From Candidatus Uhrbacteria bacterium GW2011_GWE2_46_68 (GTDB lineage Bacteria > Patescibacteriota > Patescibacteriia > UBA9934 > GWF2-40-263): DNA of 64,000 nucleotides. The stretch spans positions 68,775-132,774 of the forward strand of contig LCMS01000004.1 in the NCBI GenBank assembly GCA_001002765.1. The letters run 5' to 3'. Made by a program: the position numbers and the translations under genes. Shown in pieces: positions 57,307 through 64,000 of this stretch (position 1 is its first letter; each line of letters begins with the position of its first letter). The notes under the pieces were generated by a model. That model was not told the DNA's origin and made no database searches. It worked only from the letters and a program-made list of their open reading frames with translations.

Positions 57307-58689
57307 ATGTCTAAACTTTTTCCTCCTCCGTTATCACTTCGCAAACTCATTGGCCCTAGTTTTTTGATTCTCGCGCTCGGGCTTGGATCGGGCGAAGTGA
57401 TCCTCTGGCCTTATCTTGCCTCCAACTATGGGCTGGGCATCGCTTGGGGGGCGCTCATCGGCATCACGTTTCAGTATTTCATCAATATGGAAATCGAACG
57501 CTATGCGCTTGTGAAAGGCGAAAGCGTGTTTGTGGGATTTACAAAAAAATGGAGCTGGACACCCTATTGGTTCATTCTTTCCACTTTTGTTGGATTTGGA
57601 TTGCCGGGGATTATCGCCGCTTCGGCAAAGGTGTTCAGTGCGATGGTCGGGGTTGAAGATTTTCGTTTCATCGCCATTCTTTTTCTCCTCTTGATCGGTT
57701 TCATTTTGAGCGCGGGTAAAACCGTGTACGGACTTATGGAACGGCTCACAAAGATCGTTATTCTTTGCGGTGTCCCATTTATTTTTTTATTGGCGATCGT
57801 GTTGAGCGATCCACAGGATTGGTTCATCCTTGGAAGAGGAATTTTGGGAATAGGGGAGGGATATCGTTTTCTTCCGGAAGGAATTATTCTCGCCACCTTC
57901 TTTGGGGCGTTTGCTTATTCCGGTGCGGGTGGAAATCTTAATCTCACCCAATCCATCTACGTAAAAGAAGAAGGCTATGGCATGGGGAAGTATGCGCAAA
58001 AAATTTCCGGACTTTTCAAACACCAGACAGTGCAAGAAATGAAACTGGAAGGAGAGACCTTTCCAATGAATGCCGAAGCAAAGAAAAATTTTTTCGGATG
58101 GTGGAGAAAAATTTCCCTAGAACATGCATTGGTGTTTTGGTTTGTGGGAGCACTCTCAATTTTTCTTCTCATGCTCCTTTCTTTCGTGACCTCGTTTGGT
58201 AATCCGGAAAATGCACAAGGGATCAGTTTTGTGATCACCGAAGGAGCTGCCATTGGAAGCCGAATTTTTCCCTGGGTCGGCACACTCTTCCTTCTGGTCG
58301 TTTCTATCATGCTCTTTCAGACTCAACTGGGAGTGATGGATTCCACTTCTCGTATTATGGCCGAGAATGCGGCGCTTCTCATCATGAAACATAAGCGCAC
58401 ACAGACAATCGCTCTTTCTAAAATCTATTTTTCATTTCTGTGGGCGCAAATAGCTTTTGGTATTTTGCTTTTCCTTCTGGGTATTTCCGAACCTAAAACC
58501 TTGATTGTGCTTGGTGCTTGTCTCAATGCCGTTGCCATGTTTGTCCATGTGGGACTTGTTCAAGTGCTTAATCATCATGCGCTTCCTAAAGTTTTTCGTC
58601 CTCGTGTGTGGAGAAAAATACTCTTGGCCGGCATTTTTCTTTTTTTTGGCGTCTTCAGCGCAATCGTTTTTATCGATCAGCTGTTCTAG
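57307..58689 (+). CDS. Nramp-like (APC superfamily) transporter
   Basis: GPSFL..ALGLGSGE..LWP, EIERY; about 11 TM. Confidence 0.75.
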   Translation: MSKLFPPPLSLRKLIGPSFLILALGLGSGEVILWPYLASNYGLGIAWGALIGITFQYFINMEIERYALVKGESVFVGFTKKWSWTPYWFILSTFVGFGLPGIIAASAKVFSAMVGVEDFRFIAILFLLLIGFILSAGKTVYGLMERLTKIVILCGVPFIFLLAIVLSDPQDWFILGRGILGIGEGYRFLPEGIILATFFGAFAYSGAGGNLNLTQSIYVKEEGYGMGKYAQKISGLFKHQTVQEMKLEGETFPMNAEAKKNFFGWWRKISLEHALVFWFVGALSIFLLMLLSFVTSFGNPENAQGISFVITEGAAIGSRIFPWVGTLFLLVVSIMLFQTQLGVMDSTSRIMAENAALLIMKHKRTQTIALSKIYFSFLWAQIAFGILLFLLGISEPKTLIVLGACLNAVAMFVHVGLVQVLNHHALPKVFRPRVWRKILLAGIFLFFGVFSAIVFIDQLF

Positions 58690-58710
58690 TCCGTGCTATA
58701 CTATTCCTAT

Positions 58711-59223
58711 ATGAGAAAAAAAACATCAAAAAAAATGGCAGAGCCCTTACGGGAAAGTTTGACAGAAAGTATTTTTACGTCTCGTATGAAGCGACAACGC
58801 ACTTTGACCGAACGTTGTGCAGATAGGCTGACCGATTCTTTTGGAACGATTTTTTTTCTGAATTTCAATCTTGCATTTTTTCTCATTTGGATCGTTTGGA
58901 ATATGGGGTGGATCCCCGGATTCCCCTTATTTGATCCTTATCCCTTTGTCTTGCTCATCACGGTTGTTTCTCTTGAAGCGATCACCCTTTCCACCATTGT
59001 GCTTATCAGTCAAAGGCGTGCAGCGAAAACCGCAGACATTCGATCCGAGGTGGATCTGCAAATCAATATCCAATCCGAAAAACAAATCGCCAAAGTGCTT
59101 GAGGAATTGCAAGAAATGCAAAATCGCATGAAGTTTGTTTTTCCCAATGACCCCGAGCTCGAGCGTTTAAAAAATCCGATGAACGTTGCTGAACTAGAAC
59201 GCAATGTGACGAAGAACCTATGA
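58711..59223 (+). CDS. DUF1003-family membrane protein
   Basis: FDPYPFVLL...SLEA...LISQ. Confidence 0.88.
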   Translation: MRKKTSKKMAEPLRESLTESIFTSRMKRQRTLTERCADRLTDSFGTIFFLNFNLAFFLIWIVWNMGWIPGFPLFDPYPFVLLITVVSLEAITLSTIVLISQRRAAKTADIRSEVDLQINIQSEKQIAKVLEELQEMQNRMKFVFPNDPELERLKNPMNVAELERNVTKNL

Positions 59224-59861
59224 AATCCCATCACGTTCCGTTTCGCCATTATTTTCTTTTGAACATCAATTTCGTCATTCGAATGCTCATCCTTTCTGAT
59301 GTGATTTGGGGCGGGGCGATCGGACTGTTGGGGCCCATCTTTGCCATTTTTATTGTGGACTTTATCGAAGGGGGAAATGCGGCTGTCGCTGGCGTCGCCA
59401 CGGCCATCTATCTGGTCATTAAAAGCGTGATGCAAATTCCGGCGGCATCCATTATTGATAAAATTCGCGGAGAAAAAGATGATTTTTGGATATTGTTTAT
59501 AGGCTCAATTCTCGGCGCTTTTATTCCTCTTTTGTATTTGGTCATTCACACCCCCGTGCAACTCTATCTGGTGGAGGCTTTTTACGGACTCGTCATCGCC
59601 TTTACCTTTCCTTCATACATGGCCATTTACACCCGTCATATTGATAAGGAAAAAGAAGCGACCTCCTGGGGCATGTATTTTACTTTGAATGATTTTTCCG
59701 CGGCGATCGCGGCTTCGATTGGCGGAATTGTTGCGGAATTAGTTGGCTTTCAGCCTCTGATCATTGGGGTTGTTTTCTTCAGTATCCTTGGTGTGCTTTT
59801 GATTTTTCCGATTCGTCCGTACATGCGTATGCCAAAAACGTCTTCTCAAAAAGGGGTATGA
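59220..59861 (+). CDS. Half-size MFS protein (6 TM)
   Basis: GLLGPIFAIF, IDK motifs. Confidence 0.75.
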   Translation: MKSHHVPFRHYFLLNINFVIRMLILSDVIWGGAIGLLGPIFAIFIVDFIEGGNAAVAGVATAIYLVIKSVMQIPAASIIDKIRGEKDDFWILFIGSILGAFIPLLYLVIHTPVQLYLVEAFYGLVIAFTFPSYMAIYTRHIDKEKEATSWGMYFTLNDFSAAIAASIGGIVAELVGFQPLIIGVVFFSILGVLLIFPIRPYMRMPKTSSQKGV

Positions 59862-60316
59862 AACGTCTTTTCTTTTTTTTCACATTGATTTTTTTGTTGG
59901 GGATTTTTTTCGCTTGGCACAGCCTGTCTACAAAAGAGTTCCCGCTAGACGTTTCAGAAATTTCCGGAGAAATTTATTATTCCAATACGTCGGAGGACGA
60001 AATTATTTTAGAAAATATTCATCCGGGAGAAATTATTTCTTCCCCACTTCTTCTCACCGGACGCGCACGCGGTTCTTGGTTTTTTGAAGCATCTGCTCCG
60101 GTCGTCCTTACTGATTGGGATGGACGTATCATTGCCGAAGGCACGATCCATACAACCGAAGATTGGATGACCACCGAGTTTGTTCCCTTTGAGGGAACCC
60201 TCACGTTTGAAACTCCATCCTATGGAGACATCGGTTCGCTCATTTTACAAAATGATAATCCCTCCGGTCTTCCCGCCTATGATAAGGCAATCGAGATCCC
60301 CATTCGTTATCGTTAA
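59858..60316 (+). CDS. Gmad2-type Ig-like domain protein
   Basis: ISSPL..TG.ARG.WFFEA, WMTT.FVPF, DNPSG. Confidence 0.8.
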   Translation: MKRLFFFFTLIFLLGIFFAWHSLSTKEFPLDVSEISGEIYYSNTSEDEIILENIHPGEIISSPLLLTGRARGSWFFEASAPVVLTDWDGRIIAEGTIHTTEDWMTTEFVPFEGTLTFETPSYGDIGSLILQNDNPSGLPAYDKAIEIPIRYR

Positions 60317-60319
60317 CGT

Positions 60320-60964
60320 ATGATTTCTCGTGCGTGGAAAAATAGTTTTCTCGTTATTTCCGGAGCCTTTGTGCTTCTGATTTTATTTTTTCCCTGTTTT
60401 GTTCTTTTCAAAACTTCTCGCCACATTTTCACCGAAGTGGTTTCCGCACCCATAACGACGGTTGCCATTGTCTTTGGCGCCGGACTTAATGCACTAGGTG
60501 GCCCTTCAGATGTTTTACAAGATCGTCTCACCGTGGCCGCAGATTTATATTATCAAGGAAAAATACAAACGATTTTGGTTTCTGGAGATAATCGTGTGGA
60601 AGGGTACAATGAACCACAGGTGATGTTTGAAACCTTGACGGAAGATTTTTACATTCCTATCGAAGATGTGAAGATTGATTATGCCGGACGTCGTACCTAC
60701 GACACGTGTGCGCGAGCAAAAAGTATTTGGGGTGTGGACCATGCGCTTCTTGTCACCCAGGCTTATCATCTTCCGCGCGCATTGTGGACATGCACAACCT
60801 TGGGGATCGAAAGCCAGGGGGTCTCTGCCACCTTGCAACCCTATCTTAAAGATCTTTGGTTTCGCGTGCGAGAACTCGGAGCGCTTTATCAAATGGCATT
60901 TGATCTGTATTTTTCCTCCCCATCATTTATCGGTGGCGATCCGATCATCGACCTCGATCTCTAA
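60320..60964 (+). CDS. SanA/ElyC (DUF218) family protein
   Basis: VFGAG, DRL, SGDN, DYAGRRTYDTC, TQAYHLPRA, RE. Confidence 0.9.
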   Translation: MISRAWKNSFLVISGAFVLLILFFPCFVLFKTSRHIFTEVVSAPITTVAIVFGAGLNALGGPSDVLQDRLTVAADLYYQGKIQTILVSGDNRVEGYNEPQVMFETLTEDFYIPIEDVKIDYAGRRTYDTCARAKSIWGVDHALLVTQAYHLPRALWTCTTLGIESQGVSATLQPYLKDLWFRVRELGALYQMAFDLYFSSPSFIGGDPIIDLDL

Positions 60965-61018
60965 AAAAATAGAATTTTCTACCCGCTTTTAAAATCACTT
61001 GAACATAATACAACGATT

Positions 61019-62233
61019 ATGCGTCCACTTTTCAGCACGCGTCTTGGTTTGATCATGATCGGGGTTTTTGCCACGCTTCTCCTTTTTTTGCCTGTGAGAC
61101 TTTATCAAACCTTTCCTTCCTTTTTTTCTTCCCTGTTTTATTCTTCTGATCGTTCAGTTATTACTTTGGGGAGTTCGGCATTCGGCAGTTTGGTGGCAAC
61201 CGACGAACCACAAACCGGTGACACCCTTGGCATGGGAGGAGGAAAGGAAATAACAAGTGAAGAGGCCGTGTTATCGAATGGTCTTTTGCCTGCGGAGTAC
61301 TATCCGACCATTTCGTATCGTTATGTGTATGAAGGAACCTTGCCCGATTTTTCCACGTTCCCAAGTTTTGTGTATAAACGTTCATCCATGATCGAAGCTC
61401 CCGAATCGATTGCGCGAGCCGTGAGTTCATCCACCATCGGTTCTTTTGATTTTTCTCGCCTCGGCAATCTCACGTTACAAAATATGTATTTGGCACAGGA
61501 AGGAGATAAGGGGTATGCCGTGGGCGTGGATTTCACTTATGGCAGTTTGTATATTAATCAAAATTGGAATACATGGACCGAGGATGTGTATACGCCGCTT
61601 GCTTTTTCCGATCTTCCGCCTTTTGAACAAGTGATCGCTGTCGCGGATGCATTTCTTGCCGACTTTGGATTGGATCGCACGGGGTATGGCAGCGGAGTGA
61701 TTACAGATGCGGATCTTTTTACGGAAAACTCATTGTATATCCCCGATGAGGCCACCGTGGTGTATCCAAAAAATTTGGAAGGCTACACGGTTTGGGATTT
61801 GTACGGTACTCCGCAAGGAATGATGGTGGGCGTAAATTTGCGTACATTGCAAGCGACACGCTTGAGTGTGGGATTGGATGGGCAGTTTGCGTCTTCTTCC
61901 TACCCCATGGTCACAGACGAAGCGTTGGTGCGTGGAGTGATCGAACGCGGGGGACTTTACGGTTGGAGTGATCCCTCCGCAGATACGATCTACACAGTGA
62001 AGGTGGGGGATCCGGTGTATGGACTTGCCCACTACTTTTTATATCAGGACGGAAAGACTGAGTATTTATATTTGCCGGCTTTGTATTTTCCGGTGATTGA
62101 AGTGCCCGAAGGAGCCGAGGTTTGGCAAGATGCAGTTGTTGTTCCGCTTGCGGAGGAAGTGTTGCGCGAGGTGGAGGAAGGGTATCCGATTTTATACGAC
62201 AAGTCCGTAGTCGAACTTATTACCGAAGAATAA
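61019..62233 (+). CDS. Hypothetical membrane-anchored extracytoplasmic protein
   Basis: N-terminal TM, acidic beta-rich body. Confidence 0.7.
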   Translation: MRPLFSTRLGLIMIGVFATLLLFLPVRLYQTFPSFFSSLFYSSDRSVITLGSSAFGSLVATDEPQTGDTLGMGGGKEITSEEAVLSNGLLPAEYYPTISYRYVYEGTLPDFSTFPSFVYKRSSMIEAPESIARAVSSSTIGSFDFSRLGNLTLQNMYLAQEGDKGYAVGVDFTYGSLYINQNWNTWTEDVYTPLAFSDLPPFEQVIAVADAFLADFGLDRTGYGSGVITDADLFTENSLYIPDEATVVYPKNLEGYTVWDLYGTPQGMMVGVNLRTLQATRLSVGLDGQFASSSYPMVTDEALVRGVIERGGLYGWSDPSADTIYTVKVGDPVYGLAHYFLYQDGKTEYLYLPALYFPVIEVPEGAEVWQDAVVVPLAEEVLREVEEGYPILYDKSVVELITEE

Positions 62234-62313
62234 AAGAACGCCCCGTATGGGGCTTCTTTTGTGTATAAACAGGTCGCTTCCAATAGGAGGGTGCGCTATG
62301 ATGGTGTTGATCT

Positions 62314-63663
62314 ATGAAACGTTTGTCTTTAGAGTCCGCTCCCTCCTTTCCCATTGAAATGCGCATGGCTTCTTTTTCACGATCCTCTCTTCCCGAGCCT
62401 TATCGTGATCAATTTGATTTTCTTCGTCAGGAGATCATTGATTTTGCAGCATCTCACGGGATTCCAAGAGAGGCGCTTGCCAAACCCGATCTTCTCCGCG
62501 AGGCTGCAAACAAACTCCCCACCCCAGACCTCGAGCGACTAGCTGTTCTTCTTGAGCGTTTTAAACACCTCATCGTTCATCGTGAACCCTACAGAGAAAC
62601 ACAGGCTGAAATTTTGGAATACGCGGAAACATTTTATAACTTGAGAGAACAATACACACTCCAATGTGATTTGTTCAAACGTCTGAAGCTTTTACAGGTA
62701 GGGTATTTGTCAGAACCTGTAGACACGGAGCGCACACAAGGATTGTCCGCTCTTTTTCGCTCCCTGTTGCCTTTTGGGAAAAAGAAAAGGGTGCGCAAAG
62801 AGCCTCCAAAAAAAGGCAAAGAATTTTTCTTTGTCTACGGAATAGATGGAAAACAATATACGTTTCCCACCTTGGAAGAAGTGGCGGAGCGTCTTTATCG
62901 TCAACAAGAACGTTTGCATATCAAGCGCGATCAAGGTTTTACCAAACTCCTCCTTGTTCCTTTTGGCATGAGACTTGAAGATTTATTCTCTATTTATTTC
63001 AGAAAATTTTTAACCGGGTATCAAGAGGCTCATCCGAATTTCGGTCTCAAAGGAGATGGACTTATGAGCGGATATGACGATTTTGTCCATGTGGACAGAG
63101 GAAGTAATCCCCGTCTTTTTTATTACCCAAGGTTTTTTCGAGAAACGGATCATCAAGGAAAAACAAAACCTCAGATTTTAAGAGAACGAGTAGCACAAGG
63201 TGTCTCTTGTCCCGGATGGAATATCAGTCTTTTTCAACCGCTTGAACCTGATGACCTTTACTCCAAAGGGTTTGCTTCCATTAGCAGGCATGATTATACC
63301 CAAGGCAAAGAGTGCCTCCGTCCTTGTTTAAGCGTCGGTCGTCCTCCACACGAATATCTTTCCTTGCTCGAAGATGCTAAAGCAAATCCTGATTCTCCTT
63401 ATCATGGCGAAACGGGGATGACTCCCGAAGATTGGATAACCGCTTTTATGGTGCACCTTGAAGAAACAGGAAGACCACTTGATGATTTTCTAGGTCCTGG
63501 GGAATCTGAAGCTTATCTTTTGGGTTCCTTTTTTCCGGCGAATTATTGTTTTATGCCTTATGCGCGTTGGGATAACCATTTCGGCAAACCGGGAATGTCG
63601 AAGGGGACTATGCCCGCTGAATCATATGAAAATATAGGCGCTCGTTTTTTAGTGCAGATTTGA
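62314..63663 (+). CDS. Hypothetical protein, paralog of 5950..7290
   Basis: Shared LRQEIIDF..HGIP, PTLE, DQGFT.LL.VPF, SPY.GE..M..EDW, IGARF. Confidence 0.85.
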   Translation: MKRLSLESAPSFPIEMRMASFSRSSLPEPYRDQFDFLRQEIIDFAASHGIPREALAKPDLLREAANKLPTPDLERLAVLLERFKHLIVHREPYRETQAEILEYAETFYNLREQYTLQCDLFKRLKLLQVGYLSEPVDTERTQGLSALFRSLLPFGKKKRVRKEPPKKGKEFFFVYGIDGKQYTFPTLEEVAERLYRQQERLHIKRDQGFTKLLLVPFGMRLEDLFSIYFRKFLTGYQEAHPNFGLKGDGLMSGYDDFVHVDRGSNPRLFYYPRFFRETDHQGKTKPQILRERVAQGVSCPGWNISLFQPLEPDDLYSKGFASISRHDYTQGKECLRPCLSVGRPPHEYLSLLEDAKANPDSPYHGETGMTPEDWITAFMVHLEETGRPLDDFLGPGESEAYLLGSFFPANYCFMPYARWDNHFGKPGMSKGTMPAESYENIGARFLVQI

Positions 63664-63674
63664 TGTTTGATTTT

Positions 63675-64000
63675 ATGTCTTCTTTTTCTCGCTCATCTCC
63701 CGAATCCGTCCCATCTATTACTTTTCACGAAGCCACCCCCACGGAGGTGGGGGTCCAACGTACTTCGGAAATCTTAAATGAAGCCATCCTCTCTTCAGTT
63801 TCAAGTGTCCGTGATTCTTTGCCCAAAGAACATCATGGGCACTTTGACACTCTCCGACAAGAGATTATTGATTTTACAAAAGCTCATGGGATTTCCAAAG
63901 ATGCACTTTCCAATCCCAGCCTCCTTCGTGAGGTGACCGACAAACTCTCCATCCCAGACCTCGAACGACTCGCTCTCCTTCTCGAGCACTTTGAGTATTT
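63675..64000 (+). CDS. Paralog-family protein, truncated by the window end
   Basis: MSSFSRSS...SVRDSLPKEHHGHFDTLRQEIIDFTKAHG...LERLALLLEHFEY. Confidence 0.85.
   Translation, partial: MSSFSRSSPESVPSITFHEATPTEVGVQRTSEILNEAILSSVSSVRDSLPKEHHGHFDTLRQEIIDFTKAHGISKDALSNPSLLREVTDKLSIPDLERLALLLEHFEY

Noticed and set aside
1-64000. UGA reassignment (code 4/25)
   Set aside because: Conserved genes such as glyA, murC and murB end at TGA at expected lengths, some with ATGA-type overlaps; no in-frame TGA was needed.
1-64000. CRISPR array or complete DGR
   Set aside because: No regularly spaced repeats, cas genes, reverse transcriptase or TR/VR pair was seen.

Overview
64-kb bacterial chromosomal segment in genetic code 11. 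Gene content, SD-less U-rich start contexts, GAGC-type lipoboxes and a tRNA-Asn group I intron point to a Patescibacteria/CPR genome (inference). Housekeeping genes (dnaB, folD, glyA, murC, murB, hpf, secA, rarA, mutY-like, copA, MacAB-like ABC) alternate with accessory blocks. Highlights: (1) a tryptophan-centred module at 14-21.7 kb with an Fe-S-motif TrpRS, a group II PLP decarboxylase, a Trp T-box riboswitch controlling a lone TrpD-like PRTase with an altered acceptor site, BtpA, EamA, an M14 deacylase and a tRNA-Trp with a 4-bp anticodon stem; most of these genes share a boxA-like+SD leader. (2) A RAYT-type HUH transposase with 22-bp inverted ends and dispersed related ends, some abutting start codons or lying in duplicated promoter units. 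(3) tRNA-Asn split at 35/36 by a group I intron carrying an HNH gene. (4) A NYN nuclease with a convergent small RNA, plus two larger structured RNA candidates. (5) A four-member paralog family with a shared N-terminal domain. No CRISPR, rRNA, integrase or reverse transcriptase was seen. All calls are by eye; no searches were run.
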